NCBI GenBank assembly: GCA_973895155.1
Contig: OZ316896.1
Location: 13,881,542 to 13,945,541, forward strand
Direction of reading: 5' to 3'
From: Marsupella aquatica
Taxonomy: Eukaryota; Plantae; Marchantiophyta
Length of the DNA stretch: 64,000 nt
A program made the position numbers and the translations under genes. This document shows positions 1 through 13,300 of the stretch, one piece after another; the first letter of the stretch is position 1, and every line of letters begins with the position of its first letter. The notes below the pieces were generated by a model. The model saw nothing but the letters and a program-made list of their open reading frames with translations. It made no database searches and had not been told where the DNA came from.

Positions 1-2592
1 GGGCCTGTTGATGTCAAGGTCTTTCTGGTAACAGAGAAATCGACAGATACAAACGAAGGAAAGTGGTTTATAAAGCAAGCGGCTTTTGTGCTGCAAGCTA
101 TTTCGTCACGTGGAGTGTTCTCGAAGTGTTTATGGTATCAAGGCCAGGTGCAGCGATACGCTGGTGACCGGGCCCCCCCAATCCAGGTAATCGTAAAGAG
201 ATTCAAGGGAGAGGATGGAAAGAATCTGGAAAAAATACAGGAAGAAACGGGTGTTATGATTGGTATTGTAAGGAATGGGATTGGTAACTCCTCGCGAGTG
301 ATTGGTCTTAGGCTGAAGGGCATAAGGAAGAAGGATATCCAGGAAGCAACTAAACAAGTGGAGCTCCTGTTGTCACAAGTGGCGTTACATTTTTTGAAAG
401 GCACTCGGGCTAAACACACTGTCTCACAAGACGCTGCTCTGTTGAAGCTTAAAGTGGACTGCTCTACCAGTACATCTCCTTCTTCAGGTATTCTGACACC
501 AATGCAGAAAGATGTATTTGCAGCCTATTCCCCCGTCTCTCCTGTTGCCGCCCTGTCACCTCTAGGATCTTTCAACCATAAGATGGATGAGCCTTCTATT
601 GACGCAGCAATTACTGCCTCTTTAACAGCACCAACTTCAGTGATTCCTGATTCTACCGTCAACGGCAATCCTACTCCTGCAAACGTTGGAGATTTTGCTT
701 CTCAATCTCATCAGTCTGAAGATGAACACCCTGATAAAGGGCGCAGGCTTCCTGATCTAGACGCCAAGTACCCTCGACCTCTTTTAGTCAGTAACCTGCC
801 AGAGCGTGCATCAGCGTCCATGTTGAGAGAGCTGTTCGAGGATGTTTTGAAGGTGAAGTTCGGGTTACCTTCTAGCTATGAAGGGGTTTCAGACCTAATC
901 CTGGATGTCAGATTTTCCCCTGACAAATTATGCGCCTTCGTGGAATTTTCATCAGATGAGCTTCTGCTGGAAGTATTGAAGATTTATGCTGACAACAAGC
1001 CTGCTTTCTATGGCTTGACCTTAGAGCTGGGGTCTTCGGCAAGTCTTAACAAATTGGAGAGGATGATTCTGGCTGCTCGAACTGAATCCACAACCAAGGG
1101 ATTGGAATATAGTGGTGATATCATGGACTCCTTAAAACTCTCGAGGTCAAGAATTGGAAGGAAAGCTCATAACAGCGATGACCATTCCTTAAGAGTTGCG
1201 ACATTACGCAGTAGCCCAGACAGTGATGGTGATGTAAGTCATGAGCGACAGTTTGGTGGTCGCGATGGAACTGGTACTTACCTGCGGGTGAGTGAGAAAC
1301 CAAGTCCATTATTTTTGACAGAGTTGATGAGAAACTCATCTGCACGCTCGATACATAATTTGTTTGAGGACATCATAAAGAAGTACATAAACCCTTCCCT
1401 TGGGAATTTCAAAGGAAGAGCGACAGTACTGGATGTTAGATTCATTCCGTCTAGGGGCTGTGCCTTTGTCGATCTAGCCACGCCTGAACTTGTAGACTTT
1501 ATGTTAGACTTGCACATTCGGAGGCCTGAGATTTTTTTCCACATGAAGATGGAGATCGGACGAAGGCCCGTGCCACTTGGTCATGGAGAAGAAGAGCCAG
1601 TCGTGAAAAGGCCGAGCCATCTTGGTCGGAATCCTCTAGTAGAAGAGTCTCACAGTTATCCGTCTGGCAGAAGGGCCCGTGGGCGTTATCCTTCAAGCAG
1701 TCCTCCCCCTTCCAGGAGAAATGAACTGGCAGCCATGGATAACGAATACATTGATGACTATGAGGACGATGAGGAGGACGAGAGACAACCGATTGCTTCA
1801 AGGAAGCGCAGGTCGGATCCAGAAAGGACTGTTTATGCTGATAGACTGCCTGATAATGCATCCGAAGGCATGATAAGACGAATTTTTGAACGTGTCTTGC
1901 GAGACAACATGACAGACGAACAGCGAGAAGTGCTCGGAGATGATATTATAACAGAAGTTAGATACGTTCCAACAAAATTTTGTGCCTTCATTGTGTTTGT
2001 TGCTGAGGAGCTGACCCGGTTAGTATTGCAGCTATACAATCAAGATGAAGAAATCTTTAAAAATATGCGGTTGAAACCTCATTTTCATTCTAGAATGGAG
2101 GATTTATATAGGGAGGATCTCCATGATCGGGAAGATGGGCCAGTACATCGGGGGATGTCAGGAGATATGTCTATGGATCGCCGAAGCCACCGAGGGGTAG
2201 AGGACTATCAGAATGGTTACTCTACTGCTGAGGTTCCGGATGTTGTTCACCGCAGGAGAAACTCAGCAGCCCATCGTGCTGTTGCGGCGACGGCTTTCAA
2301 GGAAGTCGACAGGCGCAGGTCAGTATATGTGGACCGGATTCCAGAGCGATTACCAGAACCTACAGTGAGAGACTTATTTGAAAGAGCTATGAGGCGACAC
2401 AGACATGGGTACAGGTCCCACTCAGTCTCACAAGTAACGTTTTTCCGGGACAAGTTTGATCCAGAGAAGCTTTGTGCCTTCGTAGAGCTGGAGCATGAAG
2501 ATATGGTTCAAGAGTTGTTAGATATTTACTTAGAAGATGAAGAAGCTTTCACAGGTATGCGTGTTAGACCTGCAATAAAGTACGGACACTGA
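1..2592 (+). CDS. KH-domain plus four RRM-like domain RNA-binding protein (5' end lies outside the window; one long exon)
   Basis: The frame is open from base 1 to TGA at 2590-2592. KH-like motif FKGEDGKNLEKIQEETGV (GxxG loop). Four repeats of the pattern RNP2-like 'L/VYV..LP..A....I/LR.LFE' followed by RNP1-like 'CAFVEF/CAFVDL/CAFIVF/CAFVEL', separated by Ser/Arg/Asp-rich linkers. Confidence 0.8.
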   Translation, partial: GPVDVKVFLVTEKSTDTNEGKWFIKQAAFVLQAISSRGVFSKCLWYQGQVQRYAGDRAPPIQVIVKRFKGEDGKNLEKIQEETGVMIGIVRNGIGNSSRVIGLRLKGIRKKDIQEATKQVELLLSQVALHFLKGTRAKHTVSQDAALLKLKVDCSTSTSPSSGILTPMQKDVFAAYSPVSPVAALSPLGSFNHKMDEPSIDAAITASLTAPTSVIPDSTVNGNPTPANVGDFASQSHQSEDEHPDKGRRLPDLDAKYPRPLLVSNLPERASASMLRELFEDVLKVKFGLPSSYEGVSDLILDVRFSPDKLCAFVEFSSDELLLEVLKIYADNKPAFYGLTLELGSSASLNKLERMILAARTESTTKGLEYSGDIMDSLKLSRSRIGRKAHNSDDHSLRVATLRSSPDSDGDVSHERQFGGRDGTGTYLRVSEKPSPLFLTELMRNSSARSIHNLFEDIIKKYINPSLGNFKGRATVLDVRFIPSRGCAFVDLATPELVDFMLDLHIRRPEIFFHMKMEIGRRPVPLGHGEEEPVVKRPSHLGRNPLVEESHSYPSGRRARGRYPSSSPPPSRRNELAAMDNEYIDDYEDDEEDERQPIASRKRRSDPERTVYADRLPDNASEGMIRRIFERVLRDNMTDEQREVLGDDIITEVRYVPTKFCAFIVFVAEELTRLVLQLYNQDEEIFKNMRLKPHFHSRMEDLYREDLHDREDGPVHRGMSGDMSMDRRSHRGVEDYQNGYSTAEVPDVVHRRRNSAAHRAVAATAFKEVDRRRSVYVDRIPERLPEPTVRDLFERAMRRHRHGYRSHSVSQVTFFRDKFDPEKLCAFVELEHEDMVQELLDIYLEDEEAFTGMRVRPAIKYGH

Positions 2593-4645
2593 TGATTCCC
2601 ACAGCCGAAATGGCATTTTTGGGTTACTCGGAGTTGGTGCTTTAGGGCTACGGCAATAGAAAGCTTCTCCTAGTAGATAACTTGAGTCATATGGACAGCA
2701 GAAGAGGATGTCTCTGTGCACAGCATGAGGAGAGGATTCTGAACTGCTGGGTCAAGGTCATCTAAGTAATTATCAGAGTACACGGCAACCACCTGAACTA
2801 TTCATTAGATCTCCGAAAGACAGGGCAAGCACAGAGTTGACATTGGCGTGAAGTCCATTAATCTCGAAGAGGCTTTCCACGTTATCTACAAAGAACCATA
2901 TAGACATGCTGAACAGCTGCAGGCGACCAAGCTTTCATGTACACCATTAAAATCAGGTCAGTTAAGACTTGTTGTCACTGGCAGTCCTGTGTGAGAATGC
3001 CTTCTTTTAAATCGATGGATTGCGTGAGAAAAATAAAGTTAGTGCTCAAAGACAATGGCCTGTTTGATGAATCTTAGGGTTTATGGTTGGTACGCAGACG
3101 AAAGAGTTATGTTTATGATGGGTTCAGCTGGTTACCTAATTCGCGATACTTGTTTGCTGTAAACTGATCGGCCCCCTGCATTTATGCTTTTTTTGCATTA
3201 GGTGGTGGACAATTTCGGGGTCTTGCCGGAAGTCATCGCAGTCTGTGCCCATTGCTCAAAAAGGCGTTCCAAGATAGAGCCGGAGGAGACTTGAAAACCG
3301 GGAAAGACGAGGACTCGTCAATTGTCACTCGTGATAGGATACCTGTTTCACAGCCGGTGGAACTCTTTCTACTTATTACTCTGAATCGAACTCACATTCT
3401 GCAGAGGTCTTGTACAGGAATGGATTTGGGAGTTTCCATGTGTGGGAAGAATTCATTCGTGTCCTTGGGCGATGGATACAGTCTCTTTGCAAGCTGTCTA
3501 TATTGGAGTTTCGTCTCTGGATATTCCGACATCAAGGGAATACTAAAACGTGAAATCGCTGCTCGTTTCAAGGCGACTTGGCTAGAGTTTAGTAATATCA
3601 GGCTTAGCTGAAATTCTTTGTGGTCTGAATATTTTATTTGTTGGCTGCAGCCAAAGTAACTGAATAGGAAAAATTTGAGTGGCTTTCTTTCCTTCGTATG
3701 AAGACGGGAGCAATGTAAAAAGTGCAATTGAGAACGATTTGCTTGTAAATTCTTATTGACCATAAATTTTCTCGAATAGACTTGTCTACTTGGGGACTAG
3801 TTGATTACGGGCATGTGTACTTCTCAGAAACCTTTTCGTGTGTGTGAAATCAAGATACTGATTAGTGGAGGAGCATCTGCCTCATGTGGCTTGTATCGAT
3901 TGGTGCGCGATAGGAATGTCTGGTAAACGAATTGGTAGTACCTACGAGTAGTGGGCTTGAAGTGCGCGATCAGTCGTCAGTGACCCAACCAGATGCAGAG
4001 CAGCCATGGAACTTGGACGTTTTTGCCAAGTTTGTCTAGTGCTCAGGGAAGTGTTCCGCTGAAGATCTAGACGCACCTAAACAGCATCAGGACGGATACA
4101 GAAGTTTGAATTCACTAGAACTGATGCTCTCAGCATAGAGGTTGCTAACCCCATCATTGGTGGCCTCGCCAAACTTGAACTTCGGTCATTTTTTTCTGTC
4201 TCTGCAGCCATGGCGAGAACTCTTCGTGGTGACATAGTAAGATATGAATCATTCTGTGAGTAAATCTAGCACAGAGTAGAGTTCACGGCCTGGCCCCAGA
4301 GAGATTAAAAAATGAGTAAGGGCTAAGGGCACTGGTCTAGAGTGAAGCCTCTGATAGTCACTCTAGCCAAGCTGGTATTTGAAATGAAATTAACTTCTTT
4401 TTGTTCTCAATAATTTATAATTTTGGATGTTCTCAAAAGTCTTTTAACATCCAAAGTACTGGCATCAGGCTAGTACGAAGTGTCAAGCAAACATCACTTT
4501 GTTTTTACTCACCAGAAACCTACAAGTGTACGCAAGATTGAAACAATCCAAAAGAGAGGCTCCAATGACTACAAGACAATAATTACTTGTGTTTGAAATT
4601 TTCTTGTTGGCATTTATGGACTCCACATAGCAATTTGAGGAACAT

Positions 4646-4820
4646 TCCAGGATTGCAAAGTTGGAAAAAAATATTTTGTGACAAGTGATGTAGCTCAAGT
4701 TACTACTGTAGCTCCTTAAGGTTCACCTAAACCAATCCAGAATTGCAAAGTTGGAAAGAATATTTTGTGACAAGTGATCTAGCTGATGTTACTGGGTCTT
4801 TAAGATTCACCTCAACCACA
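4646..4820. repeat. Tandem duplication of about 91 bp
   Basis: The block tccag(g/a)attgcaaagttggaaa..atattttgtgacaagtgat.tagct occurs at about 4646 and about 4736. Confidence 0.7.
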
Positions 4821-5875
4821 TTTTAAAATTTTCTATGTATATAGCAGTGTTCTGTTTGTAGTGCATTGTGTGAATTTACTGCCCTGAAGGATGAGACTCA
4901 GCTTGAATTTTGAGGGGTTGTTATTGCCCATAACGTTTGAGAAACACTACCTTAATACACTTAAAGGTCTAAGAGATTTAATATTTTTACTAATTTTAGT
5001 AGAACTTGAAGAGAATCTTTCCTAACCAGGTGATCTGAATCTTGACCCAGAATGCCCTGAAAAATACAAAAGGACAAATCATGAAGGGCATTAAGAAAAT
5101 GATTCACACACTTTTATACACAAGCCAGGAGCACCAAAAACCAGCAACCAAAGGAGGAAAATACTTTTGGAACCCGACTGGCCACAGGGGACAACCCAAG
5201 CAAGAGCCACAAGCACAACAAGAGATACCAACCACACAAGTCAAGGACAAGAGACCATCTTGGGCCTTGAATTGGAACTAATCAGCCACAATTTGTCAAT
5301 CCAAATGTGGATCTAGAGAGCTCTCTGGTCAATGAATCTCTAAGTGGCAGGACAATAGAACTCTCTTTCTTTATATCTTGAAACCACTTTTACTCTAAAA
5401 CTTAGAAATTGTGTCTACTTTAACAGTTATTGTTTCACTTTTTAATTTCACAACGTGATTTAGTTTTAACCTCTTAATTTCATCTTTACTTACTGAAAAT
5501 TGAGTACTTGACAACATTTCAGCTCAACATCACTTATTTTGCATCATTTACTTTTGACAACGTTGTGCATAGCAGAGGCATCGGGCTAGTGATTACATAA
5601 AAACTAATAAGCAGATCCAGTTAACCTAAGATTATAAATACCCACCCACTAGCCCCATGACCCTTTGGTTGAAAGTAAATAGATATGAAGAAAAATCTTG
5701 CACAATAAATTTTATATGCATTTTGGTTAGTCTTTGCCCCATATTTGTTTTTTATCCATACTCATTTCACAGTTTTGTCTTTATTCAGAGTCAATGTCAC
5801 TTTTGTCCATCATCATTTAAAATTTTGACATTATTGAACCTCAGTATCAGTTTTGTCTGTAATGGGAGTCACTGT

Positions 5876-6109
5876 CTTCACTCTAGATTGGAGTTATGGT
5901 CTTCACTCTAAGACCGGAGTTACGGTCTTCACTCTAGACCCTTCACTCTAGACCTATGGAGTTATGGTCTTCACTCTAGACCTTTCACTCTAGACCTAGG
6001 CACTTAAGAGTAGGCGCTTCACTCTAGACCTTTCACTCTAGACCTAGGCACTTAAGAGTAGGCACTTCACTCTAGACCTTTCACTCTCGACCTAGGCACT
6101 TAAGAGTAG
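5876..6109. repeat. Minisatellite built from cttcactctagacc / ctaggcacttaagagtagg units
   Basis: About 10 copies of ttcactctaga(cc) interleaved with ggagttatggt or ctaggcacttaagagtag. The same core motif also appears at about 4336 (reverse orientation) and about 15240. Confidence 0.8.
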
Positions 6110-6529
6110 ATTTCAGTTGGTGCTTTTATAGTACGTCAAGCTCGTGCATTGCGCAAGGAGGACTGGCCCATAGGGAGTCAGGCTGGGGCATTTATGGGGC
6201 AGTGTGAGGAAGCACATATGCGCCACGGGTGCCCATTTATTTCATCTATGGTCAAGGAAAACAGCCAAACTAATCCAGTGGCTTTCACACCTAGGAGCTT
6301 TTTGTATTTGAAGCAAGAACGAAAATTGGAGGATCCTTATTATAGTTGTAAATAAAATAAATAGATGTTGTTGCGGTATTTATAGGTGCACTGGGTTTAA
6401 TGGTTGTGAAGGTGGCATTGTCTTCGGCATGAGGGTCGTGAGTGTCTGAGCTTCTCTCAACTACAGCACTTCACATTGATCGATCGAGTAGTTGATTTTC
6501 GAGATACCTTCGCATGCCGAGGTACAGAT

Positions 6530-9524
6530 ATGGCCTCTTCGAGTACGACGCCGAAGAAAAAGGGAAGGCTTGAAGCGTTGGAAAAAAGACTGTCGACGAC
6601 TCCCCGGCCCTCGGATTCCCCTTCTCCTTCTCCAATTCGCCCTACATTCTCAACACCTCCGCGAGGTAAGAATTTGTGGCGTATCTCTGATGATTATCCC
6701 ATTGCGGTACCACTTGGAAAAAAGAAATTGGATCACAATTCATTTCATGATTTTTTTCTTACAGTAGTTCTTTGAAGGGGACCAATTTGAGTGCTTTCTA
6801 TGGCAGTGCTGTCGTTTCTTTTCGATGGAGCAGGCTGCGAGTTTATGATTTTGTGCTGTGGGATGGATTCAGATGCCGCCCAGACAGGCAGTGACGCGGC
6901 ATACGCCAAGCTCTGTCCTTCCGTTCTAAATGGTCCGTTGTCTGCGAACCTTCAGGTGACTGATGAGTTTAGTTCTCCCTCATCCTCTGTCTCTCCACCT
7001 TTGCTGCTTTCTCTCTACTTTCAGTAATGAATCATTTGTCAAGGAGCAGCATCCACGTTCTTGACTGTCGCTTCTGTTCAAAACAGTTAAGTGCCAACCC
7101 GCGCACAGGAATTCATTTTGTCAAGGGAGCAGGAGCCGGACTTTTCTGAGTTCAGACTTCGGGTTTAGTGTTAGCATTGGATATGAAGTTTTATCTATAT
7201 TCTACAGCCATTGCGTTCTCCTCTAATCCTTTAATGTCACTCCAATGGAGTACTTTCGCAACATTGAAAAGAAAATCTTCAAGACTTGTGTCAATGCAAA
7301 TACACAAATTCATCATGTCATGAGGACGAGGTGGATGAAGATTCAATCTTCAGGGTTTTGGGTCGAGGGTAATGGGTATATTTTGAAACCCTCACAGGCT
7401 GATCGTTTCTCCCCTCGTCCGAGCTGATGGCACTCATTGAGTCATGGCAACGAAATATTATCCGAAAAATGAAAAGAACCGTTTTGAGAAATCTTCCCTT
7501 TCAAAAGAAAACTTACAGCCATTCAAAGATTTATCATGTCGTGGGATGGAGGACTCTTCATGGTTTAGGGTTTAGGCCAGTTTAGTCTAACGATGCCGCT
7601 CGTTGCCTCTTTTCTATGTCTAGCTTCTTCCAGTGAGCGATTCTGGTGCAGCAGTGCGCGCACTTTTGACAAACGTGTTGAAGTCCAACACGAAGTTTGC
7701 GGGCGATGTGGATGGCACGATTGAAACTCGGATGCATGACACGGTTTTGTTGTTGGACAGTCGAGCCACGCAAGGTAGCGCAATAGAACGAGCACGTGAG
7801 CGTGCTCGTCTGAGCCGTGGCAAGCGATCTACTAAGTGTCTATCGTTACGCCAGCATCGGAAGTTAGGATCGTATGAACTGCCTCAGGCTTATGAGAAGT
7901 AAGGGATTCTGCGGCAGTACTTTTTCATATAAGCTTCATTGATCTCTAAATTCTGCAAATTTGAGTGTTCAATGTGTATGGAAACTGCCGAATTAGTGGA
8001 AGAATTAACAGCATGGTGACGGTTGTGGTAGACAGGAATTCTTATGCTGAGTGTTATGCAGATTTGCTGTTGTCCCTTTCCGTCAGAAATCGTTTCTGTC
8101 AATTCATTAACACTTGGGCCAGGAGTAAAACTGAAGCTTAAGGGGAGGGGTTTCGAGAATAATTTATCTGCAACAATCCTATCATGTGCGAAGAAATTGT
8201 TCTAGGTATAGTGGAAACTAAGGAGAGTGATTGAATAAGGGCGGTTCAGTGAAGCACATGACGATGGTTGCGGTAAACAGTAGTTTCCAGTCTGACGAAA
8301 AGCGAATTGGTAATTGCCCTTGTCCTGTTGGAATGGAAGACATTCCATCAATTAGTTCACACATGAAGATGAGTTGAGGGGAAACTGAAGCTCTGTAAGG
8401 TGATGACGAAAGGTCTCCTCAGTTAAAGCAGGGACAATGATTGAAGCATCTGCTGAAGCTTAAGAAGATGCACGTTAAATCTCTGCTTCATTGTCTGCTT
8501 CTTACAGGCATGATGTATATCAACCTTTGCACGACATGTGGAGAAATTACGCCGAGGGTCTCATGGCCACTTGCGGGTAAAGCACCAGTGAATATGAACC
8601 TTAGCAACTGTCAGTTCTGATTAGCAATCTCCAGCAGGTCATCGTCTTCATTTCAACCGATGATCGATGTTCCGCAGAATCATGCTCATTTTATGATATC
8701 GTCTTACGGCATTTTTTTCCGAAACATCCTTAGCATCTAGACGCTGCCGGTTCAGACATGTTCATAAAGTGATGCTAGATTGTATGATCAGGAACAATGA
8801 AGCCATGATGCAGTCCCGTCTTCTTGCAGCCGATCTTCACGGGGCAGTTCTGGGAGGTCGGTGCTCAATCGTCGGGCTTCTATTATCCCCAGTGTTGGTC
8901 TAGTTGCATTGTGTTAGCTTGATACCTCGAAGTTCGTCATCCACTTAAGCTATTTCTAAACCTTGGTCTTCTGTGTCTTCCAGTGGTCGATTGCAAGAAC
9001 CCAACACTTATTGGAATACAAGGTATCATGATTCGAGAAACATCGAAGACCTTTGGGTTAATTAGTTCTAAAGACAAATTTACAGGTTTGACTTCACCTC
9101 CGGAAAGCTCAATTTCTAGATCTTGACGTAATCACCTGTGTTTTCTTTCTGAAACTCAATACTTCAACGCTTTTGGGGCTTTTGTGGTAAAGTCAACACT
9201 TCACTTGCCATTATCTCTTCCGCAACTTGTTATCTGGTGTTTCAATGTGATTTTTTTGGTGGTCCTTAGGAATCGTATTCTTCTCACACCTTCCCTGTCT
9301 TTCTTGCTACTTCACATTTCTTGCAGAAAATCTCATATATGAGAACCTCAGTTTTTTTCGAGTGACCTCAAACATCGTCCAATATTCAGAAAATCTGACC
9401 AGATCGTTTTGCAGTGATTCCAAAAGCAGGATCTACGTTCAGGCTGAAGGTGAAGAATACGATAGTCACTTTGTTTGGTAGTGGTTTAGGTTCAAGAGGT
9501 GCGACAGCAACAAACAAAGTCTAA
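6530..9524 (+). CDS. POP4: Ribonuclease P/MRP protein subunit POP4 (Rpp29), 7 exons
   Basis: Exons 6530-6665, 6873-6955, 7624-7898, 8508-8576, 8792-8856, 8984-9085 and 9415-9524, all GT-AG and phase-consistent. Translation contains YQPLHDMWRNY, RLLAADLHGAVL, CKNPTLIGIQGIMIRETSKTF and VIPKAGSTF, the typical Rpp29/POP4 motifs. Confidence 0.9.
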
Positions 9525-10336
9525 AACTCGGTTTCTCGTCCAACTTTATTTTGTAGCATCATAGCATCTTTGAATTGCCCATTCAAATATTCTTTCTGGG
9601 ATTACTACATGATCCCCGATGATGATAGAGTTAGCTGCAAACAAATTTAGGTTAGCAGACCATTGCAACAAGTCGATAACACCACTTGGGAGCGACATGC
9701 AGATAAACTTATAGCCGTGTTCGCTCCATTTTCGAAGTGTAAAGAATTGTATAAAGAATGTTCTGTGCTGACAGCGATGTTTTCTATACCAAGTCAGTAA
9801 ATTAGTCCTCTGTGGTACTTGACTACGATAGGATGTGGAACTGACTGTACCCATTGACAGGCCAAGGTGTCGTGGACGACATGTGAGCTTGGCGTCATTC
9901 ACTGATGTTTGTAGCTTTCAATTTCTCGAGAAGTTAAGAATTACAAAGCTTGGTCCTCCCGTTCGTTACAGATGTGATCCAACTACCAAACCACTTTTTC
10001 AGTTTAGATCAACTACAATGTATATTTGGAATCCCGTTTCCCACGGGCCCTTCTCCAAAGAAATACACTCTCATTTTAAGCCCCAACTTGTAGTTCCCAA
10101 CAGGCAGCCCTAATTCTACTGTGGCATCCTACCCAAGTGGTATATTTGTTTCTCCTGGTCATCTATACAATGTATATGCTTCCGTAGCAACACCCTGAAC
10201 GACTGAATGCAGCTAAGGGCTCCCGCTCTAAAGCTGGGAATCCTGTTGTCAAAATGAAATTGTTGTCACATGGTAGCTGGCTGTGGTGTAGACTTTCCTA
10301 CCATCAGAAGATGGCAACGATATAGGAAGTCTTCTC

Positions 10337-13300
10337 TCAAGCCTGTAGAGAAGATGACAACGGTATAGATGTTCTTTTCTCAAGCCTTGAAATTGCTGGA
10401 GTGAAGTACAGGATGTATTGTTGACCGAAACAACAATGCGCTCTCATATGTTGGAAACCCTGAGATGTGGATTTCCATACTAGAGCAGAAGGTTTTAACC
10501 AACTAAATGGCACAAAATCAGTAGAGGATGAGTCTTTCTGGTCTTTTCTGAAACTCATTTCCTCAAAGTACCAATCAATGAGTGGAGCCATGGAAATGAA
10601 ATTCCTTTTCTCACTTTCAGAAACGATTTGACCAAGGCGGGCATGACTTCAGCACTTTTGAAAATGCCTATCAACAGTAGTTCCCGAAACTTGAGATCTT
10701 TCTGGAGCGTGGTTAGTTTTTCAGAAATCCAATCTGTCCCACATCCTAAAGTGGTCGGAGCTTTGCGACCATCCTCGATCAGTCGTGCCATCACCGTCAA
10801 ACTGCTGCTTGTTTTTGCCGTCCATACATGTCGGTGAGCTCATTGACCTGTAACTCCAGCTTTTCAAAGATTTCACTCACATATTTGACCAATATCTCTG
10901 ATGGTTGGAGGTGGCTTTGGGTCGCATCTTTTGGGATTTTACCTTCAGAATCTGACCCTCGTGTCCCAATCCTTTTGGTCATTTCCTCAGCGTCCTTGTA
11001 CAGTTTTTGGACCTTGGTACGGCCAGATCCTGACTCCAGGTCCTGTTTCTTTCTGGTTATTTTAGCGGTCAACTCTGATGCCAACGTGGCCCAGTGTTGA
11101 GTGTTCCCATCCATCTTGCTCAGATTTTTGAGAGGTTCCCAATCAGACGACAAACGTCTGCTGGTCTCGTTGACGCCTCCCTCCGATGCAGGGGTTCCAA
11201 AGCCCTCGTGTCAAGTCAGGCTTGTTTAGAAATTTCCAGACTTCCTGCGGATTGCAAAGAACACATCAACTCTTTATAGTTGTTAATGACAAGATGCTTC
11301 CCTTTCTGTTCTGAGAAGCTCAATCCTGCACTGGCCTGGTTCACGCCAAACATTTACATGTCATCGGCGTCACAATTTGCTTGGATTTTTCAGTCTTTTC
11401 TGCTCCATTCTTCAATTTCCTCCACAACGATTGCTATTGACACGAATTTCCTAATTCCTGTAACGCCATTCAAAAGCGGCCGATTTCCCAATTCAGTATG
11501 TTCCGCAACAGGCTTTTTCAAGAAGTGATTGGCCGATTGTAAAGTAAAGAGCAGGCGAATTTATTCCCATACATCAGACCCAGATCCAAATTCTCAGCGG
11601 ACCCCCTACCTTATTTGGTGGATGTATACCTGAGGAGGCTTCAGTTTTGCAGGGTCTACTTTCAGCATTGCCAAACTGTGATGACGGTTGTGTGTGTATC
11701 ATCTCGAGTGTCAAAGTGGATGGTTTCCTTAAATTATTCCAAAAGTTGGGTGATCTATTGGTGCTGTGAAACCATTCAGATAATGAAGGTGTACAACAGC
11801 AATAGCAAAAGACCAACAGAAGAAATGTTTTAGGACCGAGCAAATTTGGTGGACGAGCTCATCTTTATAACATGATTCGAATGTTGGGGTAGAATTCATA
11901 ACGTTTTAACAGTCCTTGGTTGCAAAGAATTTAAAAGGGCCATAGTCAAGACTGTTCACAAGGGAAAATAAAACGGATTCCTGGAACCAAGCCAGGTTTT
12001 CAGATGTCCATCTACACACATATCAACGATTAACATCCACAGCTCTCTCTTTGAAAACTAGAATTCCAATAATTATTTGTTGGATGCATGACAATGTACA
12101 ATGAATCACCAGGAAATTAGTAAAATATCAGTTCTGCATTCAAATGGGAACTATGTCTAGTTTAAGTCTTATGAGACCCACAGCAGGTAGTTTGGAAGGA
12201 CTTTTAGTCTAGAGACAGTCTACCCATTCCCTGACCAACCCATAGAATAAACTCTTCCCTGTATCATTGTCTTGAACCACACCTGCCGTTTAAAAGCTAT
12301 GGGTGCTTGTAGCTACCATTAAAAGTAAACTTTTTCCTGAAATGGTGAACCAAACAGGCATGGTAGAGGAGACAAGTGAGTAGAATGTGGAAAAAAGGGG
12401 AGGTTCCCAGTTTCCTCTTTATTTTATGGATGGTCATTGCTAAACCTGGTGGCTAAGTTCCTGGTCCAAAGCCCAAAGAGACATGGTTGTGGTAGCTCAC
12501 TTGAGTGGAGATTGATAGGTATTGGGCTTACATGTTGTGACTGACTGTTCCTTTTCTGTGGGGTTTCACAAATTTCTCCTTAAAATTGACATTTTTTCAT
12601 TAAAAAAAGCTTCCTGGTCCCAAGTGCAAAACCTGTACACAAATGTAAGCTCACAGAAAAGCTACAACAAGCCAAAAGAGGGTTTTACTTGGAACACATT
12701 CAAATTTTTGAATTAGTTCAGAGACCAAGCACTCAACGAAGGTACTTGAGCCTAAAACAGTAATATGATCATTTAAAAAGGAATTTTGATGATTTGAGGC
12801 ACCAAGGAAAATTTTTAACCTCCCCTTGAATCTGTAGTCTTGTGGGCATCATTGGATCCTGTCAGCAACATCTCAGAGAAATTGCAAAATATGATTACTC
12901 TAAATGTTGAAGAAGATCTTGTCATTTCCAATATCGCATTGCTTAAGACAATATGCCACAGTTAAGACTTAGAATCCCAGTTAAAGAGGCAGAAAGATCC
13001 TATCTTCAGGTACAACGATGTGTCACTGTATTGCAAAGTGTGAGTCACTTTACTTTGACAAATGGTGAGCCAACTTTCACTATTGATTCATTTTTTATCA
13101 ATTGGTTTGGATAGTCTCTTAGCTGGTTTAACTTTCTAAGAATGCTCCACCAAATCCAGTGGAAGACTGAAAGGCAATCAAACCTAGACTTAAATGGCCA
13201 TTGTCCCTGAAACAAATCCTTTTGAATCCAGGTTACCATAGTCAATAATGTTCTTAACAAGGTCAAAACAGGTGGGTTGTTTTTTCCTGCCACGGGTTCA

